64,000 bases of DNA from Nitrosopumilus sp. (GCA_965214775.1 OZ243974.1:2720001-2784000), one strand, 5' to 3'; counted from the stretch's first letter, positions 29,952-40,659 are shown. Numbers and translations: made by a program. The notes: generated by a model not told the origin, from the sequence alone.

Positions 29952-31031
29952 TCAGGACAATGTTGCTATGCGATGCATCCTCTTATACTTTCTCTGCGTG
30001 AGAGCCTTGTTCTGAGTGCGGTACTCCTCTCCGGTTGTCAGCATGTGCCAGATTATCTCCAGCATGTGTCTTGCAACTGCAATCTTTGCCTTTTGCCATC
30101 CACGTCTCTTTCCTATCCTTTCATATATCGAACCAAGCCTTGGGTCGTTTCGTACTGCGACTGTGGCCGAGTTGACCATGGCCTGGCGCAGCCACACGGA
30201 TCCCTGCTTTGTTATGCCGCCTCCTTTGTGTCTGTCTGCGCTGTCCCTGCGCGAGGGAGTCAGCCCTGCATACGAGACGAGCTTCTCCGGAGTGGCAAAC
30301 CTCCTGATATCTACTATCTCAGAGATTATCGTCAGTGCAATGACATGGCTTATTCCAGGCATGGTCATAATCGTCTTGGCCCTCGTATCGCTTTCGGATA
30401 CAGAGGCAATGCTGCGCTCCAGATCCTTTATCTGATCCTGTATCCTCTTGATGTCATCAAGGTACATCTTCACAGTTGCCGCGTCAATCTCTGACATTTT
30501 TATCCCGTCTTGGATGTGCTGTATGGCAGAAATCGTAAACGTGCTGTGCGTGGGCAGGTCATAGTCATACTTTGCAAGTATGGCGTGTATCTTGTTCTTG
30601 CATCTGGTGGCTTCTGCCGTCTTGCCGGTTCTGGTCCTGCCCAGCATTCTGAGGTCCCTGTAGTGCTTGTCAGGCACAAACGACTCTGGCAGCATGTCTG
30701 CTCTGAGCAGGTCGGCAAGTATATTTGCATCTACGCGGTCGTCCTTTATCTTGGCGTGCGCTATCACCTTGACCTTTGCCGGATGTACCAGCACGGTGTC
30801 TATCCCGCAGTCCTCAAGCGTGTCATGTACGATAATCCAATAGTTGGCAGTGGACTCGCATACTGCCTTTATTGGCAGCTGTCCGCAGTATTGTTCCTTG
30901 AGATATGTTGCAAAATTCGTTGTTGCCAAAACGCTGTTCTCAAACTTGGATCGCTCTAGCAGCTTGCCAGAGTCATCCTTTACTGCTGCAACGCATGTCT
31001 TTTTGTGTACGTCTATTCCTACGTTGATCAT
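29952..31031 (-). CDS. IS110-family DEDD recombinase (intact)
   Basis: Same motifs as copy B with canonical SYAGLTP. Confidence 0.94.
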   Translation of the reverse strand: MINVGIDVHKKTCVAAVKDDSGKLLERSKFENSVLATTNFATYLKEQYCGQLPIKAVCESTANYWIIVHDTLEDCGIDTVLVHPAKVKVIAHAKIKDDRVDANILADLLRADMLPESFVPDKHYRDLRMLGRTRTGKTAEATRCKNKIHAILAKYDYDLPTHSTFTISAIQHIQDGIKMSEIDAATVKMYLDDIKRIQDQIKDLERSIASVSESDTRAKTIMTMPGISHVIALTIISEIVDIRRFATPEKLVSYAGLTPSRRDSADRHKGGGITKQGSVWLRQAMVNSATVAVRNDPRLGSIYERIGKRRGWQKAKIAVARHMLEIIWHMLTTGEEYRTQNKALTQRKYKRMHRIATLS

Positions 31032-31067
31032 GTTATCACCTCCTTTCTGATCAAAATGCCTGATCCG

Positions 31068-31212
31068 GGCGGAATCTCCCATTCACCGTCTTCTGCGCGG
31101 TACATTGCTTTCCGCCTGCTGTTACGAGTCAGTCTACTGAACACCCTTGTACATGGTAAGTTCCGATCGACTCTCAGGCCCAACAGTAATTGTATATCAC
31201 AGGATACAGATA
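31068..31212 (-). ncRNA. Putative bridge RNA of IS110 copy C
   Basis: Minus-strand guides CGGAACT (31159-31165) and TCAGTAG (31134-31140); the latter matches the flank TCAGT-AG 7/7. Confidence 0.72.
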
Positions 31213-31298
31213 AGATTTCATATAGCGTCTACTGATATGGTTACGAATTCTGACAAATTAGGTGCCAACCCCGATGGCAGTACAAGGCAAGGCATTCC

Positions 31299-31408
31299 GT
31301 AACAGGTCGGGCTCTGGAAGCTGCTCCTGATTTTAGGCACAATCTACACGGGAGGCCTCCCCAAGATGACAAAACTCGCGCCTGAACTTCCAGAGCCCGA
31401 CCTGTTAC
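31299..31408. mobile_element. IS66-type MITE family B (110 bp)
   Basis: Perfect 22-bp TIR GTAACAGGTCGGGCTCTGGAAG; perfect 8-bp TSD GGCATTCC. Confidence 0.9.
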
Positions 31409-31503
31409 GGCATTCCTTTGTTTTCCTCTAGATTCAGACAAGCCTGATCTTCATACAAGAGTCATCAAGAGATGCAGATGCAATCAAGACAAGACAAGCT
31501 CAA

Positions 31504-33111
31504 TCAGAATATCTCTTTTGGGCGGTATTTGCCAAAGACATCTCTTAACGTATTGCTGATCTCACCAGTGGTTGCAAGTGCCTTGGCCGCTGAAATGATG
31601 TACGGCATCAGATTCCTATCAGCAGTGTCAGCTGCACTCTGCATGGCAGACAATGCTTTTTCCAGTTTCTCAGAGTCTCTTTCTGCACGCAGTTTCTTGA
31701 GGGCCCTCTTTTGCATGATCTCAACTTTGCCTCCAATTCTAAGCAGATCCGGCTGCTTCTCCTTTTCGGCATATTTGTTGACTCCAACAATGATTCTGTC
31801 GCCATCATCAATCTCCTTCTTTAGGCGGTATGCGTTTTGTCTAATTTCAGACTGGAAGAATCCCTTTTCGATTGCCCTGACAGAGCCCCCCATTTTTTGG
31901 ATCTTTTTCAGGTATTTCCAGACACCATCTTCAATTTGGTCACACAGCTCCTCAAGATAATACGAGCCGGCAAGTGGGTCGGCAGTCTTCGTAATGCCGC
32001 TTTCGTGGGCAACGATCTGCTGTGTTCTGAGGGCAATTTTTGCAGATTCCTCGGTCGGAAGTGCAAGTGCCTCGTCCCTAGAGTTTGTGTGCAGTGACTG
32101 GGTGCCGCCGGCAACTGCGGCCATTGTTTGAATTGCAACTCGGACAATGTTGTTGTCAGGTTGCTGGGCAGCAAGGGACTCGCCGCTTGTCTGCGTATGG
32201 AACTTCAGCTGTAACGAACGGGGGTTTTTTGCATGGAACATCTCTTTTAGGATTTTTGCATACACCTTTCTTGCGACTCTAAACTTTGCAACCTCCTCAA
32301 AGAATTCCATTGTACAGCAGAAAAAGAACGACAGCCTGGGCGCAAAGTCATCAATCTTCAAGTCTTGATCAAGGCAGGTTTGGATGTATGCAATGGCGTT
32401 GGCCAACGTGAATGCGACCTCTTGGGTTGCAGTACATCCAGCTTCCCTCATATGATAGCCGGAGATCGAGACAGGATACCACAGGGGAACCTTTTGCGCA
32501 CAGTATCCAATCATGTCACCGATCAACCTCATCGAAGGCTGTGGAGGATAGATGTAGGTGTTTCTTGCAATGTATTCCTTGAGAATGTCGTTCTGAGTCG
32601 TTCCGCGCAATTCATGGCTTTTAAAGCCCTGTGATTCGCCGACTGCAATATAGTATGCCAGCAGAGTCGATGCAGTGGAATTGATCGTCATAGAGGAGCT
32701 GACATTTCCAAGGGGAATGCCGTCAAAGGCAGTCATCATGTCCCTGATAGAAGTAATTGACACGCCGACTTTTCCGACCTCGCCTTCTGCCTGCGGGGAA
32801 TCAGAGTCATATCCAATCTGAGTAGGCAAATCAAAGGCCATGCTAAGACCGGTTTGTCCTTTTTCGAGCATGAACTTGAACCGCTCATTTGTGAGTCTTG
32901 CATCCCCAAAACCAGAATACTGGCGCATGGTCCAGAATCTGTCACGATACATTCCCGGATGAATCCCTCTGGTAAACGGGAATTTTCCAGAGTCTTCGCT
33001 TGGACGCCTCTTTGATGACTTTAGATAGATTCGTTTTACCAGAAAGTTGGAATCCGTGAAAAATCTCTTTTCGGGATCTCTTGGTTTTTTTGCTTTCCTT
33101 GCTGCTGCCAT
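31504..33111 (-). CDS. mcmA: Methylmalonyl-CoA mutase, large (substrate-binding) subunit
   Basis: PFTRG, WTMRQYSGFG, GTTQNDILKEY, SISGYH, QSLHTNSRDEALALP. Confidence 0.95.
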   Translation of the reverse strand: MAAARKAKKPRDPEKRFFTDSNFLVKRIYLKSSKRRPSEDSGKFPFTRGIHPGMYRDRFWTMRQYSGFGDARLTNERFKFMLEKGQTGLSMAFDLPTQIGYDSDSPQAEGEVGKVGVSITSIRDMMTAFDGIPLGNVSSSMTINSTASTLLAYYIAVGESQGFKSHELRGTTQNDILKEYIARNTYIYPPQPSMRLIGDMIGYCAQKVPLWYPVSISGYHMREAGCTATQEVAFTLANAIAYIQTCLDQDLKIDDFAPRLSFFFCCTMEFFEEVAKFRVARKVYAKILKEMFHAKNPRSLQLKFHTQTSGESLAAQQPDNNIVRVAIQTMAAVAGGTQSLHTNSRDEALALPTEESAKIALRTQQIVAHESGITKTADPLAGSYYLEELCDQIEDGVWKYLKKIQKMGGSVRAIEKGFFQSEIRQNAYRLKKEIDDGDRIIVGVNKYAEKEKQPDLLRIGGKVEIMQKRALKKLRAERDSEKLEKALSAMQSAADTADRNLMPYIISAAKALATTGEISNTLRDVFGKYRPKEIF

Positions 33112-33116
33112 TTACA

Positions 33117-34037
33117 TCACTTTAGCAACGACTTTGTAATTTTATCTCCGGCCTGATACGGATCCATGGCCTTTGACTGCAGTTTCAAAAGATATTTTGG
33201 GAACGCCTTGTCTGATTTGAGCATATCATCAATCTTTTCGCGGATGTTATTTAAAATGATATCCTTTAGTTCGGATTCCAGTCGTTCTTGGTCCTTCTGC
33301 TTTTTCGTTTTCTTTTTGGCAGCCATCATATCCTTGAGGGTTTTTGCAAACTCGTTGATTCCACCGGCATTCTTCTTTGCAGAGGTTTTCAGTATTGCTG
33401 GATTTTTCTCCGAGTCGCCAATAAAGTCCCGGACTGCATCAAACAGATGGTTTGCCCCACTCAAGTCACTCTTGTTGACAAGGTAGATATCACCGATTTC
33501 TGTCAGTCCGGCCTTGATTGTTTGGATGCCATCACCGGTGTGAGGGCTAAACACCACAACGGTGATGTCTGCAATGTTGGAAATTTCTATTTCGGTCTGT
33601 CCGGCACCGACGCTTTCAATTATTATCGGATCGAATCCGGCATACTCCAAGACACGAATGCAGTTTCGCAATGAGCGAGAGACTGCACCTGTTGCGCCAC
33701 GTGATGCGATGCTTCGAATGTATGTTCCAGAGTCGGTGGATTCAGTCATCCTGACTCTGTCGCCCAATATCGCACCGCCGGTAACATGGCTTGTAGGATC
33801 AACTGCCAGGACTGCGGGTTTTGTGCGCAGTTTTTTCATTGCAACGGCAGTCTTGTCAATTAGCGAGCTTTTTCCCGCGCCTGCAGGACCGGTGATTCCG
33901 ATGATGCTAGAGTTTCCCGTGTCTTTGTAGATTTTCCTCAAGAGTTTTTTTGCCTGCACTGGATCGTTTTCAACGATTGTTATTGCTTTTGCAATGGCAC
34001 CTCGTTTTCCTTTCTTCAGGTCGGCAAGCAAGTTCAA
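33117..34037 (-). CDS. meaB: MeaB/ArgK GTPase chaperone of methylmalonyl-CoA mutase
   Basis: GITGPAGAGKSS, AVDPTS..TGGAILGDRVRM, ESVGAGQ, NKSD; TTG start at 34037 inferred. Confidence 0.92.
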   Translation of the reverse strand: MNLLADLKKGKRGAIAKAITIVENDPVQAKKLLRKIYKDTGNSSIIGITGPAGAGKSSLIDKTAVAMKKLRTKPAVLAVDPTSHVTGGAILGDRVRMTESTDSGTYIRSIASRGATGAVSRSLRNCIRVLEYAGFDPIIIESVGAGQTEIEISNIADITVVVFSPHTGDGIQTIKAGLTEIGDIYLVNKSDLSGANHLFDAVRDFIGDSEKNPAILKTSAKKNAGGINEFAKTLKDMMAAKKKTKKQKDQERLESELKDIILNNIREKIDDMLKSDKAFPKYLLKLQSKAMDPYQAGDKITKSLLK

Positions 34038-34213
34038 TACAGAATAGACTTTGGAGGTGCAATAAAATCTTGTTTCTGATATGCTCCTGGCAGACGTGCC
34101 TGATTCCTGCCGTGCAGGCGACGGCAACACACGGATCTGCTGAAGGCGGCATGATTAGTTGAACTGTCGGATCCAGAGCCGTCTTACGATGCTGCATCTC
34201 CGGGAATGCAGGG

Positions 34214-34651
34214 TTATGGTGCAGAGAAGATTACCGGGGGGTGAGGAGGCAGTTGGCCATGTGGACGAACCTCTGTTTTGATTTGAACATGTCCAAGTTC
34301 CGGATGCTCTACCTCCAGTACGACAGGATGAACCTTCCATCCGTATTTGGGAAGTATTGGAAACGGGACAATTTCGATAAATTCGTGACCAGAAAAACTT
34401 TTTTGAAATGACTCTTTCATTCCAAGAACTTCCATGACCACTGATTCGGTTTGTTCTGATTTATCAGAAAACGAGACCTCTATGTGGCCTGTGTCATAAT
34501 AGACGGCATTTACATCAAATGTCTGGCGATAGACGGCATTCTTGTCGTCGTCATCATCATCAAGCCATCCCCCTCCTCCGCCTGTAAGCAGCAATATTGC
34601 CAAGACAGTAAACACTCCAAGAAATATAGGAGCTCTGAGTTTTTTAGCCAT
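34214..34651 (-). CDS. Hypothetical membrane-anchored protein
   Basis: N-terminal hydrophobic helix, start overlaps the aminopeptidase stop. Confidence 0.7.
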   Translation of the reverse strand: MAKKLRAPIFLGVFTVLAILLLTGGGGGWLDDDDDDKNAVYRQTFDVNAVYYDTGHIEVSFSDKSEQTESVVMEVLGMKESFQKSFSGHEFIEIVPFPILPKYGWKVHPVVLEVEHPELGHVQIKTEVRPHGQLPPHPPVIFSAP

Positions 34652-37151
34652 TGAATTCGTCTCTCATGCTTCTCAAGAACTTTGAATTGATTCGGATTCG
34701 TTCCAGGGTTTGTGCCTGGGTTCTTTCTGTTCCCGGGGCAGGATTCTTTTTGAAAAACTGCCTGATCTCTTTTTCCATGGAATCATCAGCCACAAGAGGG
34801 ATGCTTGCAATGATTCTGTTGAACAAGGGATTCCCATGTCCAATTTTTTTGTTTAACTTTTTCCAGTTCTTCTTTAGCCAAGGCCACAAAACCTTATCGC
34901 CGTACGGATTTGCAGCAACTTTCATGACGGGCAACTGCATGTTTTGGGAGCGAACGTGCGGTGTTTGAGAGAAATTAAGTGATTTTATCAGTAATGTGGA
35001 AGATCGGAAGCTGCACATTGCGCCCAGGAAGCGCAGCTTCTCCTCCATGGTTTTTGCGTTCTTGTACAGATTTACCAGTTGTGTATGTGTTGTAGAATTT
35101 CCATTCCAGGCTGCAATCGAGCAGACCGGCTCGACCAAATCAGGGGACAGCGAGCTTGGAGATCTTAGAAGCTTTTTGTAGCGTCTCAAAGCCTCTTTGG
35201 TTACGTCTCGGTCATTCATTCTTCCCAGTGCGGAGATTGTAAATGAGCGAAGCAATGCGTCGGTGTGCCTGTCTGATGGTCTTGCATCCCACCCGAGATT
35301 GCGCAGTATTTTTCTAAAGTAATTGACCACATATCCCTTAATCTCTTCGGAGAATTTTTCTTTAAATGCTCGGAGGTACAGCGAGTCAAGATTGTGTGCA
35401 ACATTTACGGATGCAAGATAACTGTCCTCCTCAAGATAGGCATCTGAAAAATCCAGATAGTCCCTGACATTCTCATCGCCAGATATGCACAGTGAGAAGA
35501 GATCATTTTGTATTGCCCACCTGTCAACTGCGGGAATCTTCTTTTCGTCTACCAGCATTTTAAGATCAAGCAAAATGCCTTGATCATACTTTACGCGATA
35601 AAAGCCTCTTCGCCCAAAATTAACGACAGGTCCCACCACGGCATTTCTTGGAATTTTGATGTTGGCAGTTTTGCTTTTCAAAAGATTCTTCGAGATTTCC
35701 CGGTCAAGTCCAACTGAGAGTGGGATTGACCACAGTCCCTTTGAGAATCTCTTGTCTGGTTCTAGCAGGTATCGGCCCTGTTCTAACTTCAGACGGGCTC
35801 CATCCTGATTCACCGTAACTAGCGGAAAACCAGGCTGCCTTAGCCACGTGTTGACCACAGAGGAGACCGGCATGTTTGATGCCCTGCCAATGGCGTTCCA
35901 CAGATCTTGGCCTTCGGCGTTTTTGTATTTGAAATCAGAGAGGTATCTTTTGAGGCCTTTTCTAAAGTTAGGCTCGCCAACATAATGCTCAAGCATTCGC
36001 AAAACGCATCCGCCCTTGTCATAAGATATGGCATCAAAGATCTCGCGAATCTCTGCAGGAGAATTCACTTTAACGTCGATTGGATGGGTTGTTTTCAGCG
36101 CGTCAAGATCCATTGCGGTGTTCATTGCATCCTCAACAAACTGGTCCCACATGTCCCATTCGGGATAGAATTTGTCTATAAATTTGGTTGCCATAAACGT
36201 TGCAAAGCTTTCATTGAGCCACAGATCATTCCACCATTTCATGGTTACAAGGTTTCCGAACCACTGGTGTGCAATCTCATGAGAGAGTACTTCGGCGATG
36301 AACTGTTTGGTTCTGGTAGACGATGTCTTTTGATCATACAGAAGAATGGTCTCTCGAAAGGTTATAGCCCCCCAGTTTTCCATAGCGCCTGCTGCAAAAT
36401 CAGGAACTGCAATCAGATCAAGCTTTGGAAGAGGGTACCTTATTCCAAAGTATTTTTCGTATGAGACAAGCAACTTTTTTGCCAGGTCAAAAGAAAATCT
36501 TCCCCTTGAACTGTTTCCCTTGGTGGTGACTATACGAATCTGGGTTTTGCCAATCCAGCTTGCAAGGTACTCAAATTCGCCGACCCCAAGATAGATCAGG
36601 TATGTAGAGACCACAGGGGTTTTTGCAAAACGATACAACGTCTTGGAGCCAAGTCTTGTCTTTGATTTGACTGGCATGTTTGAGATTGCCGTGAAGTTGT
36701 TGTCGGCAATTATGGAGATGTCAAATGTGGCCTTGGCCTGAGGCTCGTCCCAAGACGGGAATGCACGCCTTGCATCGGCCGCCTCAAACTGCGTCGTGGC
36801 CAGGTATTTTGTCTTGCCGCCTTGAGTGTACTGGCTTCTGTAGAATCCCAACAGCCTGTCATTTAAGACGCCTTGAAATTCAAGATCAATTGTGGCCTTG
36901 CCTTTGATTTTTCGGGACAGCCTGATTTGTAACTCTTCTTTCTTCTCGTTTGTCTTGAAGGATGACCTGATTGTCTCACCAGAATGGGTTGTTACAGAGC
37001 AGGTCTTAATTTTGATTTCAGCACAGTTCATCGAAATCACCAAGGTGGGTTTTTTACAGTTTACAGAAATCTTTTCAGTACCTTCAAAAACAAACCTTTT
37101 CAGATCAGGCTCAAATGTCAATTCATAGTTGGTCGGAATTACGGCGTCCAT
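34644..37151 (-). CDS. M1-family zinc aminopeptidase (puromycin-sensitive/ERAP-like)
   Basis: GAMENWG and HEIAH...LWLNE motifs, YDKG. Confidence 0.96.
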   Translation of the reverse strand: MDAVIPTNYELTFEPDLKRFVFEGTEKISVNCKKPTLVISMNCAEIKIKTCSVTTHSGETIRSSFKTNEKKEELQIRLSRKIKGKATIDLEFQGVLNDRLLGFYRSQYTQGGKTKYLATTQFEAADARRAFPSWDEPQAKATFDISIIADNNFTAISNMPVKSKTRLGSKTLYRFAKTPVVSTYLIYLGVGEFEYLASWIGKTQIRIVTTKGNSSRGRFSFDLAKKLLVSYEKYFGIRYPLPKLDLIAVPDFAAGAMENWGAITFRETILLYDQKTSSTRTKQFIAEVLSHEIAHQWFGNLVTMKWWNDLWLNESFATFMATKFIDKFYPEWDMWDQFVEDAMNTAMDLDALKTTHPIDVKVNSPAEIREIFDAISYDKGGCVLRMLEHYVGEPNFRKGLKRYLSDFKYKNAEGQDLWNAIGRASNMPVSSVVNTWLRQPGFPLVTVNQDGARLKLEQGRYLLEPDKRFSKGLWSIPLSVGLDREISKNLLKSKTANIKIPRNAVVGPVVNFGRRGFYRVKYDQGILLDLKMLVDEKKIPAVDRWAIQNDLFSLCISGDENVRDYLDFSDAYLEEDSYLASVNVAHNLDSLYLRAFKEKFSEEIKGYVVNYFRKILRNLGWDARPSDRHTDALLRSFTISALGRMNDRDVTKEALRRYKKLLRSPSSLSPDLVEPVCSIAAWNGNSTTHTQLVNLYKNAKTMEEKLRFLGAMCSFRSSTLLIKSLNFSQTPHVRSQNMQLPVMKVAANPYGDKVLWPWLKKNWKKLNKKIGHGNPLFNRIIASIPLVADDSMEKEIRQFFKKNPAPGTERTQAQTLERIRINSKFLRSMRDEFNG

Positions 37152-37216
37152 AAGAGACGTATTTTCAGTAGGCCATAAGAATATTTTCCATGTCTGTTAA
37201 ATCATGTCCGAAGACC

Positions 37217-37368
37217 CAGTGATCCCAAGATGTGTTTTTGCAGACCCGATGCGGCATCATCATCATCACCATCACCGCCGCTACTGCTTTCTGCGATCAT
37301 TTGTAAGCGAGTTTGCAGTATATGCAATGCACGCGGCAAAAGCATCATCAGTACAATCCCTTGCATCC
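37217..37368 (-). mobile_element. Diverged ISH3-family right-end remnant
   Basis: Reverse-complement similarity to 29330-29474; starts CAGTGATCCCAAGATGTG. Confidence 0.6.
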
Positions 37369-37369
37369 T

Positions 37370-37507
37370 GAGAGTTGATTCGAAATTAGAAACCGTGCAA
37401 ATTTTTCAAGTAATTTCACAGATAATCTGCATTTTGTTGGTGTTTTGAGCCGTTCTATGCAAATTCGTTGACATGTAATCAGAGTCTGCTAATTTCAAAC
37501 CAACTCT
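37370..37507. mobile_element. MITE family A
   Basis: GAGAGTTGATTCGAAATTAG ... CTAATTTCAAACCAACTCT. Confidence 0.8.
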
Positions 37508-37595
37508 GCAAATCCGCCTCGCATGGATTCCACATCCATGAACAGAGCAGCAAAAGCCACAGCAGTCCTCCACAGAGGCTGTCATGGGTTGGTTC

Positions 37596-37706
37596 GCAAC
37601 AGCTTGGGCTCTGGAAGTTCAGGCGCAAATTTTGCCACCAAAAAGGACTGTTCAAACAGAATTTGTGCCTAAAACCAGAAACAGCTTCCAGAACCCGATC
37701 AGTTAC
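37596..37706. mobile_element. IS66-type MITE family B, reverse orientation
   Basis: Homologous to 31299-31408; near-TSD GTTGGTTC/GCTGGTTC. Confidence 0.78.
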
Positions 37707-37830
37707 GCTGGTTCCTGATCTGCCAGAATTCCTGAAAGCCGTTGGGATGCCACATGGAAGGCATGCAAAAGGGCGGAAATTCGGAAAAAAAGGATGCAGA
37801 TTGAGTCAAGTAAACGGGATCAGGCAGGCA

Positions 37831-37918
37831 TAGTACGCACATCAAAAATTGGAACATGATTTTGGCATGTTGTGCCTATTTTGGCACAAAAATGTTTGAT
37901 TTTCAACTGTGCGCACTA
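37831..37918. mobile_element. Short TAGT...ACTA MITE
   Basis: TAGTACGCAC / GTGCGCACTA ends; similar to 48554-48640 and 5097-5260. Confidence 0.65.
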
Positions 37919-38079
37919 CAGGCCAACAGCGGCAGCATCGGCAGAAGCCTGACGACAGAAGAGTTGCTGCATGTCTTGCCATTGTTCCCTTGGTCACCAC
38001 AAACCCGGTCTCAATTCTAAGAAAATCTGTTCAACGATTCACGTTATTTTTAAGTAGGGCACGAAAATCAGATCAACGC

Positions 38080-38862
38080 ATGGTATCTGGCAACCAAATC
38101 AGACTGAATCGAATCTTAAGAGAAGGAAGAATGCTCTGCATTCCGATGGATCACGGGATTTCAAACGGACCCATCGAGGGTCTTGAAGACCCCGCATCAA
38201 CGATTTACAGATGTGAAGGACACGGACTTACAAGCGTAATCATCAACAAGGGAATTCTCAAAGCCATGCCAAAACCCACAAAGATTGGAGTCTTGGTTCA
38301 CTTTTCAAGCAGTACGTCACTGTCATTGTCTCCAAACAGAAAGATGCTGACAGGAACCGTTAAAGAGGCAGCAGCAATGGGTGCAGACGGAGTTTCGCTT
38401 CACATCAACATAGGTGGAAGAGAGGAGTCAGAGATGCTAGAGCAGCTTGGAATGACAGCTGATCAGTGTCACAGATGGGGAATGCCGCTTTTAGCAATGA
38501 TGTATCCCAGAGGGGAGAACGTCAGGAATCCGCATGATCCAGAAATTGTAGCGCACGCTGCAAGAATCGGAGCAGAGTGCGGTGCGGACATTGTAAAGAC
38601 GGTATACACAGGGGACGTGGATTCATTTTCAAGAATCGTAAAGAGCACGCCGGTACCAATCGTAATTGCCGGCGGCCCAAAGACAGAAACAGATATGGAC
38701 ATCCTTCAAATGACCGAGGATGCGATGACTGCCGGGGCAAAAGGCGTCACATACGGGCGAAACATCTTTGCCCACAAGACTCCTGAAAAAATGGTCGAGG
38801 CACTAGCTGAAATTATTTTCAAGAGGGAAACTGCAAAGGAAGCAATGAAGAGAATTGAGTAA
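38080..38862 (+). CDS. aroA': 2-amino-3,7-dideoxy-D-threo-hept-6-ulosonate synthase (class I aldolase family)
   Basis: PMDHG, AMMYPRG, GADIVKT, AGGPK, GRNIF; first gene of shikimate operon. Confidence 0.9.
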   Translation: MVSGNQIRLNRILREGRMLCIPMDHGISNGPIEGLEDPASTIYRCEGHGLTSVIINKGILKAMPKPTKIGVLVHFSSSTSLSLSPNRKMLTGTVKEAAAMGADGVSLHINIGGREESEMLEQLGMTADQCHRWGMPLLAMMYPRGENVRNPHDPEIVAHAARIGAECGADIVKTVYTGDVDSFSRIVKSTPVPIVIAGGPKTETDMDILQMTEDAMTAGAKGVTYGRNIFAHKTPEKMVEALAEIIFKRETAKEAMKRIE

Positions 38863-39916
38863 AACAAGGGAGCTGATCATTTTGCCAAAAGGCTCACAGG
38901 CACAGTTAGACAAGTTTCTTCCGCAGTTAGAGGCAGAAGGAGTCAGGACGGCTTATCTTGATCCGAAAAAACTGGAAAAAAAGAGATCAAAACTCCAAAC
39001 AGTCTATCCCTCAAATGACGCAAACTTTGTGGTTCTTGAAAAAGAGAGCGCGGTAAAGCCAAAGGGAAAGAAGGCAGGAAGAAGATTTCAGGTTCTTTCA
39101 AATTCAGACATCGAAGACGTTCTCAATGCCGCAAAGAAGGGATTGGACTTTGTAATTGTAGAGGTCAAAGACTGGAAGATCATCCCGCTAGAAAACATCA
39201 TTGCCAAGCTTCACAAAATCCATACCAAGATTTTTGCAACGGCAGGAACTCCCAAGGAGGTTCGAAAGATGTTTTCAGTTTTGGAGATAGGGGTAGACGG
39301 GGTAATCTTTAGCACGTCGTCAATCAACGAGGTCAGAGAGGCAATGATCTATCTGGGAACCAGAAGCTTTGAGATGAAGCCGGCAAAGATCATCCAGATC
39401 AAAGAGGCAGGAGACGGAGAAAGGGTCTGTGTCGATACTGCATCTATGCTTCACAAAGGAGAGGGAATGCTTGTCGGAAACAGATCGAACTTTTTGTTTT
39501 TGGTACACAACGAATCAGTCGGCTCATCCTTTACATCGCCAAGACCGTTCAGAGTAAATGCGGGGGCAGTCCACTGCTATACGCTGTCACCAGACGGGAC
39601 GACCAGTTATCTGTCCGAAGTCGAGACGGGTTCTGAAGTCTTGATTCTCAATTCAAAAGGAAAAGCCAGAAGGGCCACCGTAGGAAGGTCAAAGATTGAG
39701 CGCAGGCCAATGCTAATGATAAAGGCATCAGCAGGGGGGGAGATCGGCGGGATTATTGCCCAGGATGCAGAGACTATCAGATTTGTAAAACAAAACGGAC
39801 AGCTGGTCTCTGTGACCCATCTCAAAAAGGGCGACACGATAATGGTTCATGCAAGACCGGCCACCGGAAGACACTTTGGTATGGAAGTTTCAGACGAGTA
39901 CATACTGGAAAAATAA
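38855..39916 (+). CDS. aroB': 3-dehydroquinate synthase II
   Basis: WKIIPLEN, RVCVDT, RPFRVNAGAVH, QDAETIR, RHFG. Confidence 0.95.
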   Translation: MSKTRELIILPKGSQAQLDKFLPQLEAEGVRTAYLDPKKLEKKRSKLQTVYPSNDANFVVLEKESAVKPKGKKAGRRFQVLSNSDIEDVLNAAKKGLDFVIVEVKDWKIIPLENIIAKLHKIHTKIFATAGTPKEVRKMFSVLEIGVDGVIFSTSSINEVREAMIYLGTRSFEMKPAKIIQIKEAGDGERVCVDTASMLHKGEGMLVGNRSNFLFLVHNESVGSSFTSPRPFRVNAGAVHCYTLSPDGTTSYLSEVETGSEVLILNSKGKARRATVGRSKIERRPMLMIKASAGGEIGGIIAQDAETIRFVKQNGQLVSVTHLKKGDTIMVHARPATGRHFGMEVSDEYILEK

Positions 39917-39939
39917 AAAATGAAACGAGATGAAAAGAA

Positions 39940-40617
39940 ATGGGATACAAAACCTGCGTGTCAATAGCAGAAAAAACGCCACTCAAAGTAAGACAGACTT
40001 CCAAGATTGCGCTAAAAAGATCAGACTATATCGAGGTAAGGCTTGATTTTTTAAAAGTTGAAGATATTCCAAAAACGCTCGAATTAATCAAGAAAAGCCT
40101 CGACAGGACTGTTTGCACCCTAAGACCAAGAACAGAAGGCGGACAGTTTCCCGGAAGCGAGAAAGAGAGAATCGCCATCATCAAACTGGTTGCAGAGTAC
40201 GGCCCATACCTCCTAGATGTCGAGTTTAACACGATAAAGAAAAATGCAGCCCTGGCAGGATTCCTAAAATCAACAAAGACCAAGCTCTTGATCTCATGGC
40301 ACGACTTTAAGAAGACACCGAACACGGCTGAGCTAAGAAAAAAGATGAAAGACATGAGCAGGTTTTCAGATTTTATCAAGATTGTCAGCACGGCAAGATC
40401 AACTGACGACTCTGCCAGAATGCTAGAACTGTACGGTAAAAAGGGAAGAGCCACCAACCTAATTGCATTTGCCATGGGTGATTTTGGAAGGATTTCCAGG
40501 ATTTTGTGCCTGTATTTGGGCAGTCCCTACACCTACGTATCACTGGGAAGGGCAGTGGCACCCGGCCAGTTTAGCGTCGATGAAGTAAGGAAGATCACTG
40601 ACAATCTCAAAAGATAA
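39940..40617 (+). CDS. aroD: Type I 3-dehydroquinate dehydratase
   Basis: EVRLD, EGG, SWHDF, AMG..GRISR, APGQ. Confidence 0.93.
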   Translation: MGYKTCVSIAEKTPLKVRQTSKIALKRSDYIEVRLDFLKVEDIPKTLELIKKSLDRTVCTLRPRTEGGQFPGSEKERIAIIKLVAEYGPYLLDVEFNTIKKNAALAGFLKSTKTKLLISWHDFKKTPNTAELRKKMKDMSRFSDFIKIVSTARSTDDSARMLELYGKKGRATNLIAFAMGDFGRISRILCLYLGSPYTYVSLGRAVAPGQFSVDEVRKITDNLKR

Positions 40618-40659
40618 AAAAATCGAGAGTTTAAATCAATCATAGTGCACTGAGATTGC

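Larger units (their letters stand above)
29893..31230 (-). mobile_element. IS110 copy C, full length (1338 bp)
   Basis: Inverted near-identical counterpart of copy B; CT (AG on minus) at both ends. Confidence 0.93.
26638..31234 (+). mobile_element. ISH3-family element with IS110 copies inserted in both TIRs
   Basis: Outer ends CAGT / ACTG with ATAT TSD; TIR remainders TTCCTAGATGTACTTTT (27980) and AAAAGTACACCTAGGAA (to 29474); intact TIRs visible in MITE 56583-56705. Confidence 0.85.

Noticed and set aside
37909-38079. N-terminal extension of the aroA' ORF
   Set aside because: Begins inside a MITE; homologous domain starts at ATG 38080.
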